From: an uncultured Candidatus Saccharibacteria bacterium
Lineage (GTDB): Bacteria; Patescibacteriota; UBA1384; CAYGGE01
DNA: 64,000 nt
Assembly: GCA_964349485.1 (NCBI GenBank)
Contig: CAYGGE010000001.1
Location: forward strand, 142,212 to 206,211
Reading direction: 5' to 3'
Shown in pieces: positions 55,233 to 64,000 of this stretch (positions are counted from its first letter, which is position 1; each line of letters starts with the position of its first letter). The translations under genes and the position numbers were made by a program. The notes below the pieces were generated by a model that did not search any database, had not been told where the DNA came from, and was given only the letters and a program-made list of their open reading frames with translations.

Positions 55233-56452
55233 ACCTTAATCGCTTTCGATTGACCAATTGCCTCAAGAAAGACTGACTCATACTGTTTTCCAAGTAGCTC
55301 GGCGTCAAATTTCTGTTTGTAGATTTGTAGCGATTGACTAGAGAATTTATTGACCAGCGACGGACGATCGAGAAACTGTTTGATTGACCGATAGACAAAG
55401 TCCTCAACCGGTTTAAACTTACCTTGTTCCTGAAATTTGAAAAAACTATGATAAAAATCTTTTTGATGATGATACTGACCATGGAGTTTGTAAGTTTTCG
55501 GATCGTAATCTTTCATCGGGTGATCGGGAAAGATGAAGCCGTTCGAATCATGGGTAACCATCTCACTAGTGGCAAATTGGTCGGTGGTAATTATTGGCAG
55601 ACCATAGGCCAGGGCTTCTATCAGAACTAGTCCAAACCCTTCACGATAGGTTGGTAGAACGAAGACGTCGTGCTTCTGGTATAGCGAGGCTATCGCCACT
55701 TCGTCAAGATCGGCATTGAGTAGGGTTAGCCCTGGCAGGGCCTTGAGATAGGCTCGATGGTGGTCGTAGAGCATGTCAAGATCGGTAACGATCGTTAAAC
55801 TGAGGTTTGTGTATTGCTTGCGGAGTCGTTCATATGCGTGAGCAACCTCGACTCCTCCCTTAATGTAGTAAGTTCCTAGAAAGAGGAGACGCAGATGGCC
55901 ATCAAACTTCTTTTGGACAATTTGTTTTGGTTTAGCGATTGGGATGGGGTAGATCACGCTACTTTTTGCCATCATGACTTCACGAACTGGCTTAGGATAA
56001 TCAACGGTCGCGTAGAAACTCTTTTTTGCCGCCTCGCTCATGAAGATCAGTTGCTTGCAGTTTTTTCGGGTAGTCAAGAGACCAACGAGCCAACGGGCCA
56101 AGGGCCGTTTGGCGACTAAAGCGTCATAATTGTAGAGGGCTAGACCGGTTTCAATGTAAGTGCAGTAAGGCTTGGTGCTGACTAAAAGGCAAGCATAGGT
56201 AAAATAAAGGTCGCCAGCTTGGTCAAAACGAATCCGGATATTGGGTATACCGACTAGACGTCGGAGCCTCGAAAGTCCACTATCCTTTTTGCGAGTTATT
56301 TCTTTGGCAAAAACTGACACATCGGGATTGCGCAGTTTCGGTTTGGCTGGTGTAACGGTTGATTGAAAGTTTATCTGATCAAGGTATTGGCCAAGGTTGA
56401 AAATGAAACGACGGAGGTATCGTTGAAACAGGATCACTGTAAATGGTTTCAT
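55229..56452 (-). CDS. Glycosyltransferase family 1 (GT4)
   Basis: REGFGLVLIEALAYGLPIITTD motif. Confidence 0.8.
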   Translation of the reverse strand: MKPFTVILFQRYLRRFIFNLGQYLDQINFQSTVTPAKPKLRNPDVSVFAKEITRKKDSGLSRLRRLVGIPNIRIRFDQAGDLYFTYACLLVSTKPYCTYIETGLALYNYDALVAKRPLARWLVGLLTTRKNCKQLIFMSEAAKKSFYATVDYPKPVREVMMAKSSVIYPIPIAKPKQIVQKKFDGHLRLLFLGTYYIKGGVEVAHAYERLRKQYTNLSLTIVTDLDMLYDHHRAYLKALPGLTLLNADLDEVAIASLYQKHDVFVLPTYREGFGLVLIEALAYGLPIITTDQFATSEMVTHDSNGFIFPDHPMKDYDPKTYKLHGQYHHQKDFYHSFFKFQEQGKFKPVEDFVYRSIKQFLDRPSLVNKFSSQSLQIYKQKFDAELLGKQYESVFLEAIGQSKAIKV

Positions 56453-56483
56453 GAGTATCGTTCCTTCACAATAATGGGATCAC

Positions 56484-57770
56484 CTAGAGGGTCGTATAGA
56501 TGACAGTAGGATCAGTTCGCAGAGATGAGAAATGACTTTTTACATCGAATACGACTGGCCTTTTAGGCATGAGGGCAAGAACGTCACGTAGGGAGATCGG
56601 GTGAGCCTTGTGGACAGATGCAATGATCACCGCATCGAATTTGCCTTCGAGTGAAGCAATTGAGTCGATGTCAAAACCTCGACGTATTTCTTGTTTAGTG
56701 AGCATCGGATCATAACCTTTGACCGTCACACCAAGTGCTCGCAGTCGATCGATCGTGACGGCAATTCGTGAGTTACGAGTGTCTTTAACATCTTCTTTAA
56801 AGGTCAAACCAATCACCAAGACTTTACTCGATTGAATATTTTTTCTGGCGCCAATCAGACCCTTAATCGTTTCGTCGGCCACAAATTCTGGCATGGAGTC
56901 GTTGACTCGGCGACCGGCTGCAATTACTTCGGGGTGATAACCTAATTCCTGGGCCTTATAAACCAAGTAATAAGGATCTACTCCAATGCAGTGGCCGCCG
57001 ACTAATCCGGGCGAAAACTTTAAGAAATTCCATTTTGTTCCTGCCGCGGCCAATACGTCCTGGGTATTGATCCCCATACGGTGAAATATGAGAGAAAGTT
57101 CGTTAATAAGTGCAATATTCAAGTCGCGTTGAGTATTTTCAATCACTTTGGCCGCTTCGGCGGTCTTGATATTGGGGGCGATATGGACACCAGCTTCACA
57201 GACCGCAAGATAGGTGTCGGCAACAATTTTGGTCGTTTTCTGATCTTCGCCGGAAACAACCTTAACAATTCGCTCAAGAGTGTGCTCCTTGTCACCTGGA
57301 TTTATTCGCTCTGGCGAATAACCCAATTTGAAATCGTGGCCCTGTTTCAACCCAGAAACTTTTTCAAGTATGGGGCCGCAAAATTCTTCGGTGACACCTG
57401 GATATACAGTTGACTCATAGACGACGACCGAACCTTTTTGCATCTGTCGACCAATGATCTGACTGGCACTATCGAGTAACCAAAGATCAGGTTGATTAGC
57501 TTTATTGATTGGTGTTGGAACAGCGACAATGAAGAAATCGGCGGCCTTGAGATCATCTTCATTGTCCGTGTAGATCAGTTTGCTTGACTGAATCTCTTCA
57601 GCTGTCAGTTCACCACTACTATCGATGCCCGATTTAAGATCGCGCACCCGTTGTTTATTGATATCAAAGCCAATCGTTTTAATAGCTGTCCGGCCAAAAG
57701 CTAGCGCAAGAGGTAGTCCGACGTAGCCAAGGCCCACAACTGCAACAGTTCGATCTGAATGTTTAGACAT
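56484..57770 (-). CDS. UDP-N-acetyl-D-hexosamine (ManNAc/GlcNAc) 6-dehydrogenase family (WecC/WbpA/Cap5O-like nucleotide-sugar dehydrogenase)
   Basis: Start at ATG 57770 (MSKHSDRTVAVVGLGYVGLPLA), with an ATGTCTAA overlap of the upstream stop. The N-terminal 80 aa of the track ORF is spurious. GxGYVG Rossmann fold and UDPG_MGDP_dh architecture. Confidence 0.8.
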   Translation of the reverse strand: MSKHSDRTVAVVGLGYVGLPLALAFGRTAIKTIGFDINKQRVRDLKSGIDSSGELTAEEIQSSKLIYTDNEDDLKAADFFIVAVPTPINKANQPDLWLLDSASQIIGRQMQKGSVVVYESTVYPGVTEEFCGPILEKVSGLKQGHDFKLGYSPERINPGDKEHTLERIVKVVSGEDQKTTKIVADTYLAVCEAGVHIAPNIKTAEAAKVIENTQRDLNIALINELSLIFHRMGINTQDVLAAAGTKWNFLKFSPGLVGGHCIGVDPYYLVYKAQELGYHPEVIAAGRRVNDSMPEFVADETIKGLIGARKNIQSSKVLVIGLTFKEDVKDTRNSRIAVTIDRLRALGVTVKGYDPMLTKQEIRRGFDIDSIASLEGKFDAVIIASVHKAHPISLRDVLALMPKRPVVFDVKSHFSSLRTDPTVIYTTL

Positions 57771-58725
57771 TATAATACTCCTTGTACCATTCCCAGAATT
57801 TCGGGATGCCGGTACTAATCGTATATTTTGGTTGGTAATCAAGTAAACGTGTAGCCTTACTGACATCTGCTGATGTTGCTTCAACTTCACCTGGAGGCAT
57901 GGGGAGCAACTCTTTCTTCGCTTGCTTGCCAGTGACTTTTTCAATGGTTTCAACGAATTGCCCGAGGGTGACCGTATTGCTGGCGCCGAGGTTGATAATT
58001 TCGTAATCAAACGGTCGATCGAGACTAGCGATTACCCCATCAACAATATCGTCAATGAACGTGAAATCGCGTTTCATATTGCCAAAGTTATTGAGTTTGA
58101 TTGGTGTACCGGCTAGGATTTGACCGGTCAATATAAACAGAGCCATATCCGGTCGACCCCAAGGTCCATAGACTGTAAAGAAGCGCAAGCCGGTCGATTT
58201 CAGGCCGTAAAGGTTATTGTAGTAATAGGCCTGAAGCTCATTGGCCCGTTTTGATAAAGCGTAGGGGGCCATCGGTTGATCGACTCGATCCTCTTCGGAA
58301 AAAGGCAGTTTCTTGTTTGCGCCGTAAACAGATGATGATGAGGCATAGACGACATGAGGGATATGGTATTTGACGGCCATATCAAATATGTGGCGGGTGC
58401 CTACAATGTTGACTGATTCGTACATTTCCGGACGGGCGATCGAGGTTTTAACTCCGGCCCAGGCGCCTAGGTGGCAGATGTGATCAAAGGATCGTTCGCT
58501 AAAGAGCTTATCTAGCGCCTCTTTGTCTCGCATGTCGAGCTCGATCACTGGAATATTGTGGGGTTCGAGTAGATTTTTGACTCGGTCACGCTTTAACTGA
58601 CTAGGATAAAGTCCATCATTGAAGTCGTCAATTACCACGACCGAATCACCTCGTTTGGCCAAACGCAGGGCCGTCTGTGAGCCAATAAAACCGGCTCCGC
58701 CTGTAACAAGATAATTTTTACTCAT
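57763..58725 (-). CDS. NAD-dependent nucleotide-sugar epimerase (UDP-glucuronate / UDP-GlcNAcA 4-epimerase-like SDR)
   Basis: MSKNYLVTGGAGFIGS, YASSSSVYG and PYALSKRANE (YxxxK). GGAAA RBS. Confidence 0.8.
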   Translation of the reverse strand: MSKNYLVTGGAGFIGSQTALRLAKRGDSVVVIDDFNDGLYPSQLKRDRVKNLLEPHNIPVIELDMRDKEALDKLFSERSFDHICHLGAWAGVKTSIARPEMYESVNIVGTRHIFDMAVKYHIPHVVYASSSSVYGANKKLPFSEEDRVDQPMAPYALSKRANELQAYYYNNLYGLKSTGLRFFTVYGPWGRPDMALFILTGQILAGTPIKLNNFGNMKRDFTFIDDIVDGVIASLDRPFDYEIINLGASNTVTLGQFVETIEKVTGKQAKKELLPMPPGEVEATSADVSKATRLLDYQPKYTISTGIPKFWEWYKEYYNV

Positions 58726-59075
58726 TTAGTTTCCTTAGAGCTTACTTTTGTATCAGTCAGTGCCTGGGCGCGAATTAGTTCAGTTAATAACCGTTCCAAC
58801 CTAGCCGCTTTGATGTAGGTTCGATAGACAATGTAGAGTAAGAAGATAAAGGCGAAACTGGTCATGGAACCGATCGTCAGACTATTATCTTTAGTGTATT
58901 GGCTAAACCATTCAATCAAAACCGGATAGGCAACTAAGATGGTAGAACCGACCCAAACCAAGGTCCAGAAGATGAAGACTATGAATGGCTCATATTTCCG
59001 ACGGTAGTCTAAATAACTTTTCGCTACGGCAATAAGACCTAGGAGCACCGCCGCAATTTTGAAGATAATAATCAT
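58722..59075 (-). CDS. DUF2304-like small membrane protein (common partner of polyprenyl-phosphate GT2 enzymes)
   Basis: 117 aa with 3-4 TM helices. ATGA-coupled to the upstream GT2. Confidence 0.5.
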   Translation of the reverse strand: MIIIFKIAAVLLGLIAVAKSYLDYRRKYEPFIVFIFWTLVWVGSTILVAYPVLIEWFSQYTKDNSLTIGSMTSFAFIFLLYIVYRTYIKAARLERLLTELIRAQALTDTKVSSKETK

Positions 59076-59755
59076 CGGATATTCCTTGTGAGTAAACCTA
59101 GAAAGATGTTAATGGCATTGAGTGGATGCTGACCCTTACGTTTGGAATAGGAGCTGTAGATCGTGGTGATTGGCACCTCCAGGTAACGAAGACGATGTCG
59201 TTTAACCTCGCCGACTACTTCCGAGCAAAACTCATAGCCATTAGACGAAAGTTCGATCGTTGCCAAGGCCTGTTTGGAGAAGGCCTTAAAGCCACTCTGC
59301 GAGTCAGTGACCCAGATGTGAAAAAACAGATAGGTGACTAGGTTAAGTAGAAAGTTACCAACTTTTTTGTAGGCCGGCATCGCCTTACTTTTCTCAATTA
59401 GCCGAGAGCCGAGGACGAAGTCAACTTCATGGCGGACGATTGGCTTTATGACGTCAGCGATATCGGCTGGATCGTGCTGACCGTCGGCATCAAGCGTCAC
59501 GACTATATCGGCGTTAAGCCGTTTGGCTGCTTCAATACCTGTAAGTGTGGCTCCACCTGCTCCTAGGTTAAGGTTGTGACGAAAGGTACGGGCACCGACT
59601 TTCTCGGCGATCTTTCTGGTCTCGTCGGCCGAATGATCATCTACAACAATAGTTGTTATCTTATCAATCCCGGGTAAAGACTTGGGAATTGATTTAATAA
59701 CGTGCTTTATCGACTGCGCCTCATTGTGAGCAGGAATAACAATTACTAGTTGCAT
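59072..59755 (-). CDS. GT2 polyprenyl-phosphate glycosyltransferase (DPM1/GtrB/ArnC-like)
   Basis: MQLVIVIPAHNEAQSI, VVDDHSADET and TLDADGQHDP (DxD). 227 aa. First gene of a roughly 12-gene minus-strand operon. Confidence 0.8.
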   Translation of the reverse strand: MQLVIVIPAHNEAQSIKHVIKSIPKSLPGIDKITTIVVDDHSADETRKIAEKVGARTFRHNLNLGAGGATLTGIEAAKRLNADIVVTLDADGQHDPADIADVIKPIVRHEVDFVLGSRLIEKSKAMPAYKKVGNFLLNLVTYLFFHIWVTDSQSGFKAFSKQALATIELSSNGYEFCSEVVGEVKRHRLRYLEVPITTIYSSYSKRKGQHPLNAINIFLGLLTRNIR

Positions 59756-59850
59756 AGATCTCTTTAGGCCATCATATCAGTTCTAATAGGTTTGTAAATA
59801 TGAAATTGTCGTCCTTGCCACCTTGGTATCGGCCCACTTTTGTCGGTATG

Positions 59851-59887
59851 TTAAATATTTCTATACAGAAAGTTTAGAAATATTTAA
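59851..59887. promoter_or_regulatory. Perfect 13-bp inverted repeat TTAAATATTTCTA-N11-TAGAAATATTTAA in a divergent intergenic region (candidate operator)
   Basis: Left arm 59851-59863 and right arm 59875-59887 are exact reverse complements. Confidence 0.4.
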
Positions 59888-59982
59888 TCTCGAATGGTTT
59901 ATCATGTTTGTGGGTGCTGATGTATGTTAGTTCGAGCGATGGTTAATTGGTCGACCTCGAGTGGCTATGGTATAGTATTTCC

Positions 59983-60756
59983 ATGGCTCCAGAGTTTAAG
60001 AAAAAAGCAATTAAACCTACCAAAACGGTCGGTCAGCGTATTAAAGAGGCTCGGCTACTACGAAAATTGACCCTCGAGTCAATTGAAGAGCAGACCAATG
60101 TGAGGCTCAAGTATCTACGGGCGATTGAGCGTGACCAGCACCATATTTTGCCGACCGAGGTATATACGCTTGGTTTCGTACGCTGTTTTGGTGAGGCAGT
60201 TGGCCTCAATCCAAAAAAACTAGTTGATCAATACCGCCTCGAGCAGGAGGCGGTCAAGACAGCGAAGGGCGATGTGGTCACTTCGCTCTCTCCAACTGGC
60301 AGCTTGAAGCAAGCTACAGTACTTATCACTCCGAGGATTCTGTTTTTTTTCGGGTCAGGTCTAGTGGTTTTGGCGCTTATCAGCTACATCGCTAGTGGCG
60401 TTCGCTCTTTTCTCGCCCCGCCTTTACTAGTTATCAAGCAACCGGCCTCGGAGAGCCGAACCATGAGCAGTCAGATTGAGGTGGTTGGCCAAAGCGACCC
60501 AGCAGTTAGTCTGACTGTCAACGGTGAGTTGATTAGTGTCGAGCCCACTGGTTATTTTAAGCAACAGGTCGCAGTGATTCCTGGTCTTAATACCCTTGAG
60601 TTTGCAGCGATTAATCGAGTTGGTAAAGAAACCAAACGGACGATCAAAGTCCTTTCGGAATATGTGGTGAACTCTCCTACGCCTGCTCCAGCACCATCTA
60701 CATCGTCTGCCACTACCCCCTCGCCTTTGCCTACGGCGAGTCCCAAAACAAACTAA
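59983..60756 (+). CDS. rodZ: RodZ-like cytoskeletal protein (XRE-type HTH, TM, Pro/Ser/Thr-rich C-terminus)
   Basis: Start at ATG 59983. [59 protein letters not shown], and a [19 protein letters not shown] tail. Confidence 0.6.
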   Translation: MAPEFKKKAIKPTKTVGQRIKEARLLRKLTLESIEEQTNVRLKYLRAIERDQHHILPTEVYTLGFVRCFGEAVGLNPKKLVDQYRLEQEAVKTAKGDVVTSLSPTGSLKQATVLITPRILFFFGSGLVVLALISYIASGVRSFLAPPLLVIKQPASESRTMSSQIEVVGQSDPAVSLTVNGELISVEPTGYFKQQVAVIPGLNTLEFAAINRVGKETKRTIKVLSEYVVNSPTPAPAPSTSSATTPSPLPTASPKTN

Positions 60757-60770
60757 TAATAGGAGTAACC

Positions 60771-61832
60771 ATGTCTACAAGTGGAAAACAGCAAGCTCTA
60801 GAAATGGCCCTTGGTCAGATCGAAAAGCAGTTCGGCAAAGGGTCAATAATGCGGATGGGTGAATCGACGATCTTGGCTATCGAGACTATCCCAACTGGTT
60901 CACTAGCCCTTGACATCGCTCTTGGTGCTGGTGGGGTGCCCCGGGGTCGAATCGTGGAGATATATGGTCCAGAGTCGTCGGGGAAAACGACCCTAGCAAT
61001 TCATATTATGCGCGAAGCCCAGAAGAAAGGTGGCATGGCGGCGATTGTAGATGCTGAACATGCCTTTGACCCAGAATATGCCAAACGGATAGGGGTCAAT
61101 ATCGATGAATTATTGATTTCTCAGCCAGATACTGGCGAGCAAGCGCTCGAGATTGTCGAAACATTAGTGCGTAGTAACGCTCTCGACGTGATTGTTATCG
61201 ACTCAGTGGCCGCCCTAGTGCCTCGTGCCGAGATCGAAGGTGAGATGGGCGATGCTATGGTGGGTGTTCAGGCCCGATTAATGAGTCAGGCCTTACGTAA
61301 ATTGACGGGGGCGATCAGTAAAAGTCGAACCGTGGTGGTCTTCATCAACCAAATCCGCATGAAGATTGGGGTGATGTTTGGCAACCCAGAAACGACCTCT
61401 GGTGGTAACGCTTTGAAATTCTACGCTTCGGTGCGCATGGATATTCGACGTAAAGAACAGATTAAAGTTGGTGAAGAAACGGTCGGAATTCATGTCGCAG
61501 TCAAAGTGGTAAAAAACAAAATCGCCCCACCATTCAAGGTCGGTGAATTTGATCTCATGTATGACGGTGGTATCTCATACGAAGGTGATCTGATCGAACT
61601 TGGCGTAAAATACGAGATTATTACCAAAAGTGGTTCTTGGTATCAATACGGTGAGGAAAAACTCGGCCAAGGCAAAGAAGGTGCTCGAGCCTATCTTAAA
61701 GATCACCAGAAAGTAGCGACTGAAATCGCTGAGGCAATCTATGCGGCTGTTGCGCCGAAAAAAGAGGAACTGGTGGTCACTATGCCTGAAACCGCCGAGC
61801 TTCCGACTCCCTCTGCCATTGATGTTCCCTAG
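60771..61832 (+). CDS. recA: Recombinase A
   Basis: [13 protein letters not shown] Walker A and full-length conservation. AGGAG RBS. Confidence 0.95.
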   Translation: MSTSGKQQALEMALGQIEKQFGKGSIMRMGESTILAIETIPTGSLALDIALGAGGVPRGRIVEIYGPESSGKTTLAIHIMREAQKKGGMAAIVDAEHAFDPEYAKRIGVNIDELLISQPDTGEQALEIVETLVRSNALDVIVIDSVAALVPRAEIEGEMGDAMVGVQARLMSQALRKLTGAISKSRTVVVFINQIRMKIGVMFGNPETTSGGNALKFYASVRMDIRRKEQIKVGEETVGIHVAVKVVKNKIAPPFKVGEFDLMYDGGISYEGDLIELGVKYEIITKSGSWYQYGEEKLGQGKEGARAYLKDHQKVATEIAEAIYAAVAPKKEELVVTMPETAELPTPSAIDVP

Positions 61833-61834
61833 CC

Positions 61835-62287
61835 ATGAATCCGTTACACATTGCTTTGCGTTATCTTGAACGTCGTGCCAGAACGGAGAAAGAGCTTCGC
61901 CAGAAACTGGCTGATAGGTACGTTGTGCCTCAAGAAGTAGAAGCGGTATTAGGCAAACTAAAAGATCTTGGTTACATTAATGATCAAAAATTTGCGCTAG
62001 ACTTCCAACGGTCGCACGATGACTACAAGCCCGTCGGCAAACAGCGGTTGAAGATGGATCTGACCATGAAAGGTGTACCCAAAGAGATTATTGCGACCAT
62101 TACGACCGATAAAGAAAAAGAATATACTCTCGCCTTACGGGCGGCTCAGACTAGATTGCGACAGTACGCTAATCTTGATTCCCAGATCTTCTATCGTCGC
62201 ATGTCCGGTTTCCTCGCCAGACGTGGCTTTGACTATGGAACAATTAAGCGAGTAATCGAAGACGTGAGAACTAAGCCGCAGCCTTAA
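61835..62287 (+). CDS. recX: Regulatory protein RecX
   Basis: 150 aa helical-repeat protein immediately downstream of recA with RecX-like composition ([19 protein letters not shown]). Confidence 0.8.
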   Translation: MNPLHIALRYLERRARTEKELRQKLADRYVVPQEVEAVLGKLKDLGYINDQKFALDFQRSHDDYKPVGKQRLKMDLTMKGVPKEIIATITTDKEKEYTLALRAAQTRLRQYANLDSQIFYRRMSGFLARRGFDYGTIKRVIEDVRTKPQP

Positions 62288-63413
62288 ATAGGTCGACGAG
62301 GTTTAGTCTCTCCCATGGGAGATCGAGATCGGATCGACCGAAGTGACCGTAAGTTGCCGTTTGGCGGTAAATTGGTCGACGCAAGTTAAAACGTTCGATA
62401 ATCCCGAGTGGTGTAAGGTCGACATTTTTCTGAATGATCGATGCGATTAAACTGTCGTCGATTGTCCCTGTACCTTCTGTATTAACGTTAACCGACACTG
62501 GATCAGCCACGCCAATCGCGTAGGCCAGTTGGACTAGACACTTATCGGCTAGACCGGCGGCAACGATATTTTTCGCTAAATGTCTTGCGGCATAGGCGGC
62601 GGAACGGTCGACTTTTGACGGATCTTTACCAGAGAAGGCACCGCCACCGTGTGGGGCACGGCCACCATAAGTATCGACGATGATTTTTCGACCGGTCAAG
62701 CCTGCATCACCATGCGGTCCACCGATCTCGAATTTGCCAGTGGGATTGACGTGGTAGATGACTTTGTCTGTAAGCATCTCGGCTGGAATAACCTTACTGA
62801 CGACATGCTCGACTACATCGTGCTTAATTTGATCTTGGCTCACTCCTGGATCATGTTGGGTTGAAACGACAACTGTGTGCACTCGGACGGCTTTCTTGCC
62901 GTCGTACTCAATTGTCACCTGACATTTGGCGTCCGGTCGTAGATAAGGCATAAGTTCGCTCTGGTTTTTGCGAATATCGGCTAATCGTCTAACGATCCGA
63001 TGTGAGAACATCAAAGGCATTGGCATATATTCTGGCGTTTCACTGGTGGCATAGCCGAACATCATTCCTTGATCGCCGGCCCCGCCAGTATTGACGCCTT
63101 GGGCGATATCTGGGGATTGTTGATGAATGGCTGAAAGGACCGAACAAGAATCGGCATCAAAGCGGTATTCGGCCTTGGTATAGCCGATCTCGCGGATGAC
63201 TTCTCGGGCGACTTCTTGGAGCTCAACATAACCCTTAGTGGTAACTTCGCCACCGATAATGACTAATCCAGTAGTCACAAAGGTTTCACAGCCTACGCGC
63301 GACAAAGGATCCTGGGCAAGAAAAGCGTCTAAGATGGCGTCGGAAATCTGGTCAGCCACCTTATCCGGGTGACCTTCCGAGACTGATTCGGAGGTAAAAA
63401 GTTGGTTTTCCAT
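62271..63413 (-). CDS. metK: S-adenosylmethionine synthetase
   Basis: [34 protein letters not shown] and GHPDKV motifs, full length. AAAGGA RBS. Confidence 0.95.
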   Translation of the reverse strand: MENQLFTSESVSEGHPDKVADQISDAILDAFLAQDPLSRVGCETFVTTGLVIIGGEVTTKGYVELQEVAREVIREIGYTKAEYRFDADSCSVLSAIHQQSPDIAQGVNTGGAGDQGMMFGYATSETPEYMPMPLMFSHRIVRRLADIRKNQSELMPYLRPDAKCQVTIEYDGKKAVRVHTVVVSTQHDPGVSQDQIKHDVVEHVVSKVIPAEMLTDKVIYHVNPTGKFEIGGPHGDAGLTGRKIIVDTYGGRAPHGGGAFSGKDPSKVDRSAAYAARHLAKNIVAAGLADKCLVQLAYAIGVADPVSVNVNTEGTGTIDDSLIASIIQKNVDLTPLGIIERFNLRRPIYRQTATYGHFGRSDLDLPWERLNLVDLFKAAA

Positions 63414-63431
63414 ATTGATCCTTTCAGATTT

Positions 63432-63580
63432 AAAAAAACTCTCCTAAGGGAGAGTTTTTTTGTCTACGCTAGGTAGACCACATCTCCCATGCCTTCCAGC
63501 ACTGGATCGGTTTGAGCACCCGGCCAAACCGGGTTGCTGGGTAGTCAATGAGCCGAAACTCTCCTACCGCTCTTGATGTA
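63432..63580 (-). promoter_or_regulatory. SAM-I (S-box) riboswitch with intrinsic terminator in the metK leader
   Basis: Minus-strand RNA CAUCAAGAGCGGUAGGAGAGUUUCGGCUCAUUGACUACCCAGCAACCCGGUUUGGCCGGGUGCUCAAACCGAUCCAGUGCUGGAAGGCAUGGGAGAUG matches the SAM-I consensus blocks (AUCAAGAG-GG-GGAG, UGA, CC-GCAACC, GGUGCU-AA, GAGAU). The terminator AAAAAAACUCUCC-cuua-GGAGAGUUUUUUU at 63432-63461 sits just upstream of the RBS. Confidence 0.75.
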
Positions 63581-63689
63581 TGTATTATTTGCAGTCTAGC
63601 AGATTTCAATGAAAGATCAAGATCGATCGGTTGCTTCAATCTACCATCATATGGTATGCTCCTGGCAGTAATATGAGGAAGAGGCCGAC

Positions 63690-64000
63690 ATGTCCACTGT
63701 TTTTACTGGATCTATCGCTTACGATTATTTGATGACCTATCCCGGTCATTTTGTTGATTCGTTTCAAGGTGAAAAGCTCGAGGCTTTAAGTGTCAGTTTT
63801 CTAGCTGATAGCCTGGTTAGGCAACGTGGAGGAGTCGCTGCAAATGTTGCCTATACCCATGCCTTACTTGGTGGGAAGGGGGCGATTGTGGCCGCCGCTG
63901 GTGGCCTGGACTTTGCTCCCTACAAGCAGTGGCTTGATAGCCAAGATATCGATACCAATTCAATCCAGATCGTACCCGATACTTTCACGGCTTCTTTTTT
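63690..64000 (+). CDS. PfkB-family carbohydrate/nucleoside kinase (ribokinase-like), N-terminal part; runs off the window end
   Basis: ATG 63690 with a GAGGAAGAGG RBS. GGVAANVA matches the PfkB GG-x-x-N motif. No stop codon before position 64000. Confidence 0.5.
   Translation, partial: MSTVFTGSIAYDYLMTYPGHFVDSFQGEKLEALSVSFLADSLVRQRGGVAANVAYTHALLGGKGAIVAAAGGLDFAPYKQWLDSQDIDTNSIQIVPDTFTASF

Noticed and set aside
59756-59946. The AT-rich palindrome acting as a transcription terminator
   Set aside because: The flanking genes diverge from this region, so nothing is available to terminate. The stem is AU-only and weak, and an operator role is more plausible.

Overview
This window is a dense, mostly operonic stretch of bacterial chromosome (about 47-48% GC; canonical TTGACA-N17-TAnnnT promoters; frequent ATGA/TAATG start-stop overlaps). 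Most of it is cell-envelope glycan biosynthesis. Locus 1 (1-6381) carries an O-antigen ligase/polymerase-like gene, two GT1 genes, a Wzx-type flippase, an RmlC-like cupin and a secreted GH-A-like hydrolase. RNase J, an L,D-transpeptidase and a tRNA-Ile(UAU) follow. Next to that tRNA sits a GC-richer islet (10650-12530) with two divergent paralogous Cys/His-motif (beta-carbonic-anhydrase-like) genes. Several cell-surface proteins are present: a lamin-tail/FN3/Ig-like protein, a 964-aa carboxypeptidase-regulatory-like repeat protein, and an adjacent dockerin protein plus cohesin-like protein. An ACP-centred operon (16429-21710) encodes a polysaccharide deacetylase, AcpS, an FkbH-like HAD protein, ACP, a MaoC hotdog dehydratase, an SDR reductase and an OlsB/FemAB-like N-acyltransferase, followed by a PlsC-like acyltransferase. 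A thioredoxin/CcdA pair and tRNA-Arg and tRNA-Ser genes lie between. Locus 2 is roughly 28 kb (31372-59755). It carries Ugd and UXS; many GT1 and GT2 genes; GT-C/YfhO-like and GtrA-fusion membrane proteins with a DPM1-like GT2 and DUF2304; AsnB; a methyltransferase; a sialic-acid-type neuA/neuC/neuB set; two paralogous TagF/KpsS-like GT-B proteins flanking a second Wzx flippase; and UDP-sugar dehydrogenase and epimerase genes. The window ends with rodZ-like, recA, recX, metK and a partial PfkB kinase gene. metK is preceded by a clear SAM-I (S-box) riboswitch with an intrinsic terminator. No CRISPR array, transposase, integrase or recognisable defence genes were seen. The lineage cannot be assigned from sequence alone; C-terminal TM anchors, cohesin/dockerin, LTD domains, RNase J and CCA-encoding tRNAs suggest a monoderm, possibly Patescibacteria-like organism. 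The most system-like candidates are the ACP/FkbH/N-acyltransferase operon and the sialic-acid-like cluster with its paralogous GT-B pair. All calls rest on motif recognition by eye and none is confirmed by database search.
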